Origin: an uncultured Acidobacteriota bacterium
GTDB taxonomy: Bacteria > Acidobacteriota > Thermoanaerobaculia > Multivoradales > UBA5704
Direction of reading: 5' to 3'
Assembly: GCA_963770895.1 (NCBI GenBank)
Contig: CAVYRF010000002.1
Coordinates: forward strand, 2,752,001 to 2,816,000
Length of the DNA stretch: 64,000 nucleotides
Shown piece by piece: positions 1-7,897 of this stretch (position 1 is its first letter; every line of letters starts with the position of its first letter). The position numbers were made by a program, and so were the translations under genes. The notes under the pieces are model-generated. The model was not told the origin of the DNA and made no database searches. It saw only the letters and a list, made by a program, of their open reading frames with translations.

Positions 1-375
1 ATGCTGATCGATATCGCCGGCCGCTTCCAGGAGGTGCCGCAGGGCATTGCCCGCCGCCCCTTCGCCGAAGCGCACCGGGTGCAGGCTTGCGAATCGCAGG
101 CCTTCGTGTGGGGGCAGGACCGGCCCGACGGCACGCTGGGGCTGTATTTTGCCGTCGAAAACCCGCAGGGCATCTCGGCCAAGGCGCTGTCGGTGATCCT
201 TGGCGAGGGGCTGTCGGGGGAGCCGCTGGAGCAGGTGGCCGCGGTGTCGCCGGACCTGGTCTACCGCATCTTCGGCCGCGAGCTGTCCATGGGCAAGTCG
301 ATGGGGCTGATGGGCATCGTCAGCATGGTGGCGGGGTTCGCGCAGCGTCGCCTCGCCGCGCAAAGAACTTCGTAA
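1..375 (+). CDS. sufE: SufE-family Fe-S sulfur-transfer protein (probably 5'-truncated by the window edge)
   Basis: RVQACESQAFVW (conserved Cys), ISAKALSVIL and LSMGKSMGL match the SufE pattern. Confidence 0.75.
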   Translation: MLIDIAGRFQEVPQGIARRPFAEAHRVQACESQAFVWGQDRPDGTLGLYFAVENPQGISAKALSVILGEGLSGEPLEQVAAVSPDLVYRIFGRELSMGKSMGLMGIVSMVAGFAQRRLAAQRTS

Positions 376-415
376 CGCAAAGTACTTGACGCGGCCGTTG
401 GGGAAGTCCTAGACT
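363..415 (+). promoter_or_regulatory. Sigma70-like promoter (TTGACG 386-391, 18-bp spacer, TAGACT 410-415) with an overlapping imperfect palindrome AAGAACTTCG-N5-CAAAGTACTT (363-387)
   Basis: Motifs read directly from the sequence; upstream of the membrane protein/wHTH pair, so a plausible autoregulatory operator. Confidence 0.5.
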
Positions 416-422
416 TTCCTGT

Positions 423-1052
423 GTGACGCTGCCCACCCCGATCCGCGGCCCGCGCCCATCCCCCGTAGTGTCCCATCCGCCCGCGCTGCACCTGCGGGCG
501 ATGGACAACCTGCGCTTCATCCGCCGCACCATGGAAGATGCGCTCTGCTTCACCGCCGTCTCGGGCATCGGCGAAGTGGCGGTGGGGGTGACGGCGCTGG
601 CGGCGGCGTGGCTGGCGGCGCACCAGGCGACGCCGCTGGGGTGGCTGCTGGTGTGGCTGGGGGAAGCCCTGATCGCCGCCTGCGTGACCGGCGGCGCCGT
701 GGTGTGGAAGGCGCGGCAGGCGCGGCTCAGCCTCACGTCGCGCCCGGGCCGCCGCTTCGTGCTCGGCCTGCTGCCCCCCCTGGGGGCCGGCGCGCTGCTC
801 ACCTACGCGGTGTTCGCGGCGGGGGCGGAGCGCCTGCTGCCGGGCCTGTGGCTGCTGCTGTACGGCACGGCGGTGGTCACCGGCGGCGCCTTTTCGGTGC
901 GCATCGTGCCGGTGATGGGGCTGGGCTTCATGGCCCTGGGCGGCGCGGCGCTGTTCGCGCCGGCGGCCTGGGGCAACTGGCTGCTGGCGGCCGGCTTCGG
1001 CGGCCTCAACCTGATGTTCGGCCTGGTGATCGCGAGGCGCCACGGTGGCTAA
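423..1052 (+). CDS. Multi-pass membrane protein (about 6 TM); start uncertain
   Basis: Several hydrophobic segments after AMDNLRFIRRTME; overlaps the downstream regulator. Confidence 0.7.
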   Translation: MTLPTPIRGPRPSPVVSHPPALHLRAMDNLRFIRRTMEDALCFTAVSGIGEVAVGVTALAAAWLAAHQATPLGWLLVWLGEALIAACVTGGAVVWKARQARLSLTSRPGRRFVLGLLPPLGAGALLTYAVFAAGAERLLPGLWLLLYGTAVVTGGAFSVRIVPVMGLGFMALGGAALFAPAAWGNWLLAAGFGGLNLMFGLVIARRHGG

Positions 1053-1491
1053 GCGCACCTCGACCCTGCGCCACGACGCGGCCGACAAGGCGGCGCTGCG
1101 GGACGCCGCGGAGGCGACGCATCTCCCGGTCGTTCCGCCGCTGCCTGGCGACGGCGCCGCCGGCGCCGGCGCCGCCGCCGACGCGCACGACGGCGGGGCG
1201 CTCGACCTGGACCGGCTGATCCACGAGCGCCTGCGGCTGGGGATCGTCGCGGCGCTGGCGGTCAACCCCAGCCTGACCTTCAACGACCTCAAGAGCCTGC
1301 TGCACTCGACCGACGGCAACCTGAGCGTGCATGCCCGCAAGCTGGAAGAAGCGGGCTACGTCGCCTGTCAAAAGTCGTTCGTCGGCCGGCTGCCCAAGAC
1401 CGAGTACCGGCTGACCACGTCCGGCCGGCGGGCGCTGGAGCGCTACCTGAATCACATGGAAGCGATCATCCACGCGACGCGGGCTCCCTAG
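1045..1491 (+). CDS. Winged-helix transcriptional regulator (ArsR-like/HTH_34)
   Basis: LDRLIHERLRLGIVAAL...TFNDLK...TDGNLSVHARKLEEAGYV...TEYRLT. Confidence 0.9.
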   Translation: MAKRTSTLRHDAADKAALRDAAEATHLPVVPPLPGDGAAGAGAAADAHDGGALDLDRLIHERLRLGIVAALAVNPSLTFNDLKSLLHSTDGNLSVHARKLEEAGYVACQKSFVGRLPKTEYRLTTSGRRALERYLNHMEAIIHATRAP

Positions 1492-1584
1492 TGTCCCGCC
1501 CGCTGTCCACGACGTACCCCGAGCGCACCCGCGATCAACCCTTAACCTGTCGACGTTCTGTTTGAGCTGGGAGGAGGATGGGCG

Positions 1585-2451
1585 ATGGCCCAACGGTCTG
1601 GACACGATGCGGCGTCCCGCTGCGGATTGCACGCCGCCATCATCATGGACGGCAACGGCCGCTGGGCGCAGGCGCGCGGCAGGTCGCGGACCGCTGGCCA
1701 TCTGGCGGGCGCCGACGCGGTGCGGCGCACCGTCGAGGCGGCGCCCGGCTGCGGCATCAGCACCCTGACGCTGTACGCCTTTTCCTCGGACAACTGGCGG
1801 CGGCCCCCCGACGAGGTCGGGGCGCTGATGCGCCTGTTGCGCCGCTACCTGATGGCTGAGACGGGCCGCTGCGTGGCAAACGGCGTGCGCATCCAGGTCA
1901 TCGGCCGCCGCGACCGGCTGGCGCCGTCGCTGGTGCGCGGCATCGAAGCCGCCGAAAGCTCGACCGCGGGCGGCGCCCGGTTGCTGCTGCGCATCGCCGT
2001 GGACTATTCGGCCCGCGACGCCATCCTGCGCGCGGCGCACCAGTTCTACACCGCGGGCGCCGCGCACGCCGGCTGCCCCGCGGCCGAGCTGAGCCGCGAG
2101 CAGCTTTCGCTGCTGCTGGCCGGCGGCCCGGCCGCGCCGGGTAGCCCGGCGCACCCGGAGCACCCGGGGATCATCGCCCGCGACGTCGATCTGCTCATCC
2201 GCACCGGCGGCGAGCAGCGCCTGTCGGATTTCCTGTTGTGGGAGTGCGCCTACGCCGAGCTGATCTTCACCGAGCGCATGTGGCCCGACTTCGGCACCGC
2301 GGACCTGGAAGCCGCGGTGGGCGAATTCCACAGCCGGGAACGCCGCTTCGGCACCGTCCCGGCGGCCGCGGCGTCGCATCTGCCGCGGCGCTCCCGCGCC
2401 GCCGCCCCGCTGGCCGACCTGCAAGCCGCCACCCCCTTCGGCCGCGCCTGA
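1585..2451 (+). CDS. uppS: Undecaprenyl/polyprenyl diphosphate synthase (cis-prenyltransferase)
   Basis: [44 protein letters not shown]. Confidence 0.95.
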   Translation: MAQRSGHDAASRCGLHAAIIMDGNGRWAQARGRSRTAGHLAGADAVRRTVEAAPGCGISTLTLYAFSSDNWRRPPDEVGALMRLLRRYLMAETGRCVANGVRIQVIGRRDRLAPSLVRGIEAAESSTAGGARLLLRIAVDYSARDAILRAAHQFYTAGAAHAGCPAAELSREQLSLLLAGGPAAPGSPAHPEHPGIIARDVDLLIRTGGEQRLSDFLLWECAYAELIFTERMWPDFGTADLEAAVGEFHSRERRFGTVPAAAASHLPRRSRAAAPLADLQAATPFGRA

Positions 2452-2494
2452 CAAAACAAAAGCGCGCCACCTCCGTCAGGGGGCGGCGCGCTTT
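2452..2494 (-). terminator. Rho-independent terminator of htpG (possibly bidirectional)
   Basis: Minus strand AAAGCGCGCC...GGCGCGCTTT stem followed by TGTTTTG, between the convergent uppS and htpG. Confidence 0.8.
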
Positions 2495-2544
2495 GGCGTT
2501 GTGCCATGCCGGGCGCCGGGCGTCCGGCGCGGCGGTGGCCGCGG

Positions 2545-4518
2545 CTACATGCCGCGCGACATCAGGTCGGCGACGGCGCGGTTGAAGCGCGCCACGTCGG
2601 GAAGCTCGGTGCCCTCGGCGAGCAGGCCGTAGCCGAGCAGGATGTTGGCGTATTCCGGGATGGCCGGATCGTTCTTGTCCTTGTCGAAGCGCGCCTTGAG
2701 GCCGGTGACGATCGGGTGGTTGGGGTTGAGCTCCATGATGCGGCGCTGCTTGGGACCGCCGCCCTTGCCCTTTTGCAGCAGCTTTTCGAGTTGCGGGCTG
2801 TAGTCGTGCTCGGCGCCGACCAGGCAGACCGGCGAGGTGGTCAGCCGGCTGGTCAGGCGCACCTGCTTGACCTGCTCGTCGAGCTTTTGCTGCATCAGCT
2901 CCAGCAGCGGCTTGAGCTCCTCTTCCTTGGCCTTGAGCGTCTCTTCGGCCTGCTTTTTCTCTTCGTCGCTGCCCAGCGAGACGGTGCCCTTGCCGACCGA
3001 CTTGAGCCGCTTGCCGGCGTACTCGTTGAGCGACTGGGTGAGCAGCTCGTCCACCGGGTCGACCAGGTAGAGGACTTCGTAGCCCTTGTCCTTGAACGCT
3101 TCGAGGTGCGGCGAGCTCTCCACCTGGGCGCGCGATTCGCCGGTCAGATAGTAGATCTCCTCCTGGCCCTCCTTGAGACGCGACACGTAGTCCTTGAGGG
3201 TGGTGAGCTTTTCCGGATCGTGCGAGGACTGGAACAGCAGCAGCTCCAAGAGCGCGTCCTTGTTCTCATAGTCGGCGCTGACGCCTTCCTTGATGGCGCG
3301 GCCGAACTCACCCCAGAACTTGAGGTAGGTGTCCGCTTCCTTTTCCCGCATCTGCTCGAAGGTGTCGAGCACCTTCTTGGTCAGGCCCTTGCGGATCAGG
3401 GTGATGTGGCGGTCCTGCTGGAGCATTTCGCGCGACACGTTGAGCGCCAGGTCGGGCGAATCGACGACGCCGCGCACGAAACGCAGGTAGTGGGGCAGCA
3501 GGTCTTCGCACTTCTCCAGGATCTGGATGCGCTTGACGTAGAGCTGCAGGCCGACCTTGGACGCCACGTAGTACAGGTCGTAGGGCGCCTGCGAGGGCAC
3601 GAACAGCAACGCCTGGTATTCGATGCGCCCTTCGGCCTTGAAGGAGATCACCTTGAGCGGCTCGGTCCAGTCGTGCGAGATGTGGCGGTAGAACTCGTTG
3701 TAGGCCTCGGCGGTGACTTCCGACTGCGGCCGGGTCCAGATCGGCTTCATCGAGTTGAGGGTCTTTTCCTCGAGCGGCATCTTCGGCTTTTCGCCGGTCT
3801 CCTTCTCCTTGGCCAGGTCCTCGATCTCGGGGTCCTTTTCGGCGGTGAGGATGATCGGGTAGGAGACGAAGTCGGAATAACGGCGGACGATGCGGCTGAT
3901 CACCCAGCGATCGCTCCAGTCTTCGATGCCGTTGTCGCGGTCTTCGGGCTTGAGGTGGAGGGTGATCGTGGTGCCGCGGCCGGCGCGCTCGGCGTCGGCG
4001 ATCTGGTAGGTGCCGTCGCCGGTCGATTCCCAGCGCGTGCCGCCGGTTTCGCCGGCACGCCGGGTTTCCAGCACGACGCGCTCCGCCGCCATGAACGACG
4101 AGTAGAAGCCGACGCCGAACTGGCCGATCAGCTCGGCGATGGTCTGCTTGGATTCGCCCTGCTTGAGGCGATTGACCAGTTCCCGCGTGCCCGACTTGGC
4201 GATGGTGCCGATGTTGGCGATCACTTCTTCGCGGCTCATGCCGATACCGTTGTCGGTGACCGTCAGGGTCCGCTTTTCGCGGTCGGCGGCCAGCCGGATC
4301 TCCAGCGCGTCCTCCTTGCCGTCCGGCCCGGCGGCCAGCAGGTCGGGGTTGGTGAGCGCCTCGAAGCGCAGGCGGTCGAGGGCGTCCGAGCCGTTGGAGA
4401 TCAGCTCACGCAGGAAGATCTCTTTGTTGGAATAGAGCGAGTGGATCATCAGATCCAGCAGCTGCTTGGTCTCTGCCTGGAATGGCAGCGTCTCGACGGG
4501 GCTGGTGGTGGTGGTCAT
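2545..4518 (-). CDS. htpG: Molecular chaperone HtpG (Hsp90)
   Basis: FQAETKQLLDLMIHSLYSNKEIFLRELISNGSDA and GQFGVGFYS; AGGAG RBS before ATG 4518. Confidence 0.98.
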   Translation of the reverse strand: MTTTTSPVETLPFQAETKQLLDLMIHSLYSNKEIFLRELISNGSDALDRLRFEALTNPDLLAAGPDGKEDALEIRLAADREKRTLTVTDNGIGMSREEVIANIGTIAKSGTRELVNRLKQGESKQTIAELIGQFGVGFYSSFMAAERVVLETRRAGETGGTRWESTGDGTYQIADAERAGRGTTITLHLKPEDRDNGIEDWSDRWVISRIVRRYSDFVSYPIILTAEKDPEIEDLAKEKETGEKPKMPLEEKTLNSMKPIWTRPQSEVTAEAYNEFYRHISHDWTEPLKVISFKAEGRIEYQALLFVPSQAPYDLYYVASKVGLQLYVKRIQILEKCEDLLPHYLRFVRGVVDSPDLALNVSREMLQQDRHITLIRKGLTKKVLDTFEQMREKEADTYLKFWGEFGRAIKEGVSADYENKDALLELLLFQSSHDPEKLTTLKDYVSRLKEGQEEIYYLTGESRAQVESSPHLEAFKDKGYEVLYLVDPVDELLTQSLNEYAGKRLKSVGKGTVSLGSDEEKKQAEETLKAKEEELKPLLELMQQKLDEQVKQVRLTSRLTTSPVCLVGAEHDYSPQLEKLLQKGKGGGPKQRRIMELNPNHPIVTGLKARFDKDKNDPAIPEYANILLGYGLLAEGTELPDVARFNRAVADLMSRGM

Positions 4519-4651
4519 AGCGTCTCCTGTTCGATTCCTTGCAGATCGGCGCCTGGGGAAACCGGAAGAGCAGGGTGGAAACTTCCCCGGGGGAGCGGGC
4601 GGCGGCTGCCGCTGCCGCGCCGCCAGACGGCCCGCGGCATTCAGCGAGTGA

Positions 4652-4680
4652 ATGTTAGTCGAAGGCGCGCAGGTATGCAA
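4652..4680 (-). promoter_or_regulatory. Putative sigma70 promoter of htpG (TTGCAT-N17-TAACAT)
   Basis: Consensus-like hexamers with 17-bp spacing on the minus strand. Confidence 0.5.
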
Positions 4681-4868
4681 GCCCCTGGTAGCCTCATATC
4701 TGACAGTCGTGCGCTCAATGGTCGGATGAGGGACAGGCGCAACCCGATTGGCGGCCGCCTCGTAGTGTCGCGGGTGGGTGACAGGGCGGGTGGCGAGCGG
4801 GCACCGTGGCCCGGCGGACGGATATACTGGACGGCTGAGGATCCGCAACAAGGGTCCGGGAGGAAATC

Positions 4869-5744
4869 GTGGCCGACGAGCGCGCCACCGGCCGGGACGT
4901 GATCCTGGCGATCGCCGAGAACATGCGGGCCAGCCTCGAACCGTTGATCACCAGGACGGTCGCTCCCAGCCTGTACCAGGTGTACCTGCACGCCGGCGAT
5001 TACGACCGCCTGCACACCCTGTTCGGCGACATCGAAACCGAGGCGCGGGAGCTGCTCGACCGCGAGCTGGCGCAGCTCAATCGCCCGCCGGCCAGCGGCG
5101 TCGGCCGCCTGGTCAAGGTGCTGCGGCCGCGCCGCAAGGAAGAACCGGCGGCGGAGCCGGCCGAGCCGCCGCGCTTTTACTCGGCCGAAGGGCGCTGGTT
5201 CATTCGCTTCCAGGAAGACCCCAACTCCGCGCTGGAGCCGGGCGACGTGCAGGTGGTCTCCGAATTCGCGCAGCGCCAGGCCACCGGCTACGGCGCCGGC
5301 AACCCCACCCACCGCATCTCCACCACCCGGCGGCTGGGGGGGCAGCGGGTGACCAGCCAGCGCCAGGGCGCCGACCCGGCGGCCGCCTACGCCCACATCC
5401 GCTACAAGGACGACTCGGGAGCCAAGGAATTCTGGGTCGCCAAGGATGAGATCGTCATCGGGCGCGACGCGCCGGACGTCTGGGTGGACCTGCGGCTGGA
5501 AACCTCGCTCGACGTGTCGCGCGAGCACGCGCGGCTGCGGCGCAGCCCGGACAGCGGCGCGTTCCGCATCAAGGACCTGTCCAAGCTGGGCACCACCGTC
5601 AACGGCCAGCCGGTGCCGTCCAGCCTGGAAGCGGCCGGCGACACCGAACGCGACCTGGACCGCTGGAGCGACCTGCCGGACCAGGCGCGGATCGGCCTGG
5701 CGGGCATCGTGTTCCTCGACTTCGAGCGGGTGAGCCGGCCATGA
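4869..5744 (+). CDS. FHA-domain protein (FhaA-like, N-terminal DUF3662-like region)
   Basis: C-terminal IVIGR...DVSREHA...IKDLSKLGTTVNG FHA signature. Confidence 0.88.
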   Translation: MADERATGRDVILAIAENMRASLEPLITRTVAPSLYQVYLHAGDYDRLHTLFGDIETEARELLDRELAQLNRPPASGVGRLVKVLRPRRKEEPAAEPAEPPRFYSAEGRWFIRFQEDPNSALEPGDVQVVSEFAQRQATGYGAGNPTHRISTTRRLGGQRVTSQRQGADPAAAYAHIRYKDDSGAKEFWVAKDEIVIGRDAPDVWVDLRLETSLDVSREHARLRRSPDSGAFRIKDLSKLGTTVNGQPVPSSLEAAGDTERDLDRWSDLPDQARIGLAGIVFLDFERVSRP

Positions 5745-5845
5745 CCGCCCTGTTCTACGCCCGCCTCGCCGTGCTGGTGGTCTTCGGCCTGGCGGTGGCG
5801 GTGCTTGCCTGGGCTGCCCTGGGCGAAAGACGGCACAAGGGATAG
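5741..5845 (+). CDS. Small single-TM protein, 34 aa (MTALFYARLAVLVVFGLAVAVLAWAALGERRHKG), absent from the ORF track
   Basis: ATGA overlap with the FHA stop; ends 6 nt before the PP2C start; hydrophobic helix plus basic tail; GC3-rich codons. Confidence 0.65.
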   Translation: MTALFYARLAVLVVFGLAVAVLAWAALGERRHKG

Positions 5846-5851
5846 CCGGCG

Positions 5852-7897
5852 GTGGTGAGGGCTCGCCTGTTGCACGCGGCGGCGGCGACCGACCCGGGCC
5901 GCGAACGCAGCAACAACGAAGATCGGGTGCTGTGTGAGCCCGAGCTGGGCATTTTCGGCGTCATCGACGGCGTCGGCGGCGAATCGGCCGGCGAAGTCGC
6001 CGCCGAGACGGCGCTGGAGGTGCTGCGCGCCCGCCTGTCGCGCCGCACCACCGACTCCGGGCGGCTGGTGCGCGAAGCGATCGCGCTCGCCAACCGCCAG
6101 ATCTACGAGCGCGCCCAGGCGGACTCGCGGCTGGCCGGCATGTCGTGCGTGCTCACCGTGGCGGTGCTCGACCGCGGCAACGCCACCGTCGGCCACGTCG
6201 GCGACAGCCGGCTGTACGCGCTGGGCGCGGGCCAGATCCGCAAGGTGACGCCCGATCATTCGCCGGTGGGAGCGCGCGAAGACGCCGGCGACCTGTCCGA
6301 GATCGAAGCCATGCGTCACCCGCGGCGCAACGAGATCTTCCGCGACGTCGGCTCGGCGCCGCACGAACCCGACGACCCATCCTGGATCGACGTGCTGGAG
6401 GTGCCGTTCGCCGCCGACGGCGCGTTGCTGCTGTGCAGCGACGGCCTGTCGGACATGATCCCGGCGCGCGAGATCCTGGAGGTGGTCGAAGCCAACGCCG
6501 CGACGCCGCGCGCCGCGGTGCGCGTCCTGATCGATCGCGCCAACGCCGCCGGCGGCAAGGACAACGTGTCGGCGGTCCTGGTGACCGGCGAGCGCTTCGC
6601 CGAAGCGGTGCGCCGCCGGCCGGCCGGAGCGGCGGCGGGCGTCGCCGAAGCGGGCGCCGGCGGGCAGCTGGAGCCGGTGGGGCCGCTGCCTCCCGCCAGG
6701 CGCCTGGCGTCGCGCTCCGGGGGGCTGGCTGCCGCCGCTGCCGTGGCTGCCGGCGAGGGAGCGACGGGGGCGCGCGGACCCTCGCGCCGCGCCGCCGGGG
6801 CGCCGGCGGCGCCGGCGGCCGGCCGCCGGGGCCTGGCACCGGTCCTTGGCCCTGCCGGGGCCGGCCCTGGCGTCGAGGGGCGCGGTGCGGCGCGGCCGGG
6901 TGGCGGCGTCGCCGGCGCGGCATGGGCGGCCCCTGCTTCGCCGGGCGAGCGGCTGCGGGAGTGGCTGTCGCGCTGGCCCGGCCGGTTGTCGGTGGCGGCG
7001 TTGTTGGTGGCGGCGGCGCTGGCTGTCCTCTTCTACTTCGGCTACGGCGCCGCGCTCGGGCGCTGGGTGAAAGGGCTGAGCGGCGCCGGCAGCGGGGGTG
7101 TTGCCGGTGCCGGCGGCGCGGGCGTTTCCGGCTTCGCCGGCGGCGCCACGGAGCCGGCGCTGCGGGTGGGGGCGGGCGACGGCGGCCTGGCGACGATCGG
7201 CGAGGCGCTGGCGCGGGCGCGCCCCGGCCAGACGATCGAAGTGGCGCCGGGGGAGTACCACGAGCGCATCGTCCTGCGTGACAGCATCGCCGTGGTCTGC
7301 CAGGTGCCGCGGCGGGCGGTGCTGCTGCCGCCCGCGGCCGGCTCAGCCGGCGGCGCCACGGCGGCGGCCGGCGAGCCGCTGGTCACGGCCGACGGCATCC
7401 AGGGCGCGATGCTGTACGGCTTCCTGGTGAAACCGGACGCGCGCGTCGCCGGCAGCGTCGGGGTGCGGCTGACCGCCTCCTACGTGATCCTGGACGGGAT
7501 CGAGGTCACCGGCGCCGCCGGTGCCGGCATCGAGATTCGCGGTGCCGGCCGCTCCACGGTGCGCTACTGCTACGTGCATCAAAACGAAGGTCCTGGCCTT
7601 GCCATCATGGGTGCGGCGGGGCCGCGCATCCTGGCCAACCTGATCTCCGGCAACGGTCTGCGCGCCGGCGCGCCGGCGCCCGGCGTCCTGGTCGAGGGGA
7701 CGGCAATGCCGCTGGTCGCCGACAACCGTATCGAAGGCAACGGCGGTCCCGGCGTCTTCCTGCCTTCGGCCGAGCGTCTGGACGAGCTCTGGCGCTGGAA
7801 CGCCTACGGCGGCCTGCCGCGCGACCAGGCGGTGCGCGCGGCGACGAGCGCCTCGCCGGCCACTCCCGCGGCGACGGCGGCGCGGAGGCGTCCGTGA
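5852..7897 (+). CDS. PP2C-family Ser/Thr phosphatase with TM helix and C-terminal right-handed beta-helix domain
   Basis: RSNNED, VIDGVGG, HVGDSRLY, LLCSDGLSD, GGKDNVS; TM; then TIEVAPGEYHE and N/G-rich beta-helix repeats. Confidence 0.9.
   Translation: MVRARLLHAAAATDPGRERSNNEDRVLCEPELGIFGVIDGVGGESAGEVAAETALEVLRARLSRRTTDSGRLVREAIALANRQIYERAQADSRLAGMSCVLTVAVLDRGNATVGHVGDSRLYALGAGQIRKVTPDHSPVGAREDAGDLSEIEAMRHPRRNEIFRDVGSAPHEPDDPSWIDVLEVPFAADGALLLCSDGLSDMIPAREILEVVEANAATPRAAVRVLIDRANAAGGKDNVSAVLVTGERFAEAVRRRPAGAAAGVAEAGAGGQLEPVGPLPPARRLASRSGGLAAAAAVAAGEGATGARGPSRRAAGAPAAPAAGRRGLAPVLGPAGAGPGVEGRGAARPGGGVAGAAWAAPASPGERLREWLSRWPGRLSVAALLVAAALAVLFYFGYGAALGRWVKGLSGAGSGGVAGAGGAGVSGFAGGATEPALRVGAGDGGLATIGEALARARPGQTIEVAPGEYHERIVLRDSIAVVCQVPRRAVLLPPAAGSAGGATAAAGEPLVTADGIQGAMLYGFLVKPDARVAGSVGVRLTASYVILDGIEVTGAAGAGIEIRGAGRSTVRYCYVHQNEGPGLAIMGAAGPRILANLISGNGLRAGAPAPGVLVEGTAMPLVADNRIEGNGGPGVFLPSAERLDELWRWNAYGGLPRDQAVRAATSASPATPAATAARRRP

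Noticed and set aside
4519-4851. 110-aa N-terminal extension of HtpG in the ORF track
   Set aside because: Homology starts at MTTTTSPVETLPFQAE with an AGGAG RBS; the extension spans the promoter region
4520-4860. CIRCE or HAIR heat-shock operator upstream of htpG
   Set aside because: No TTAGCACTC-N9-GAGTGCTAA or CTTGAGT-N7-ACTCAAG match seen
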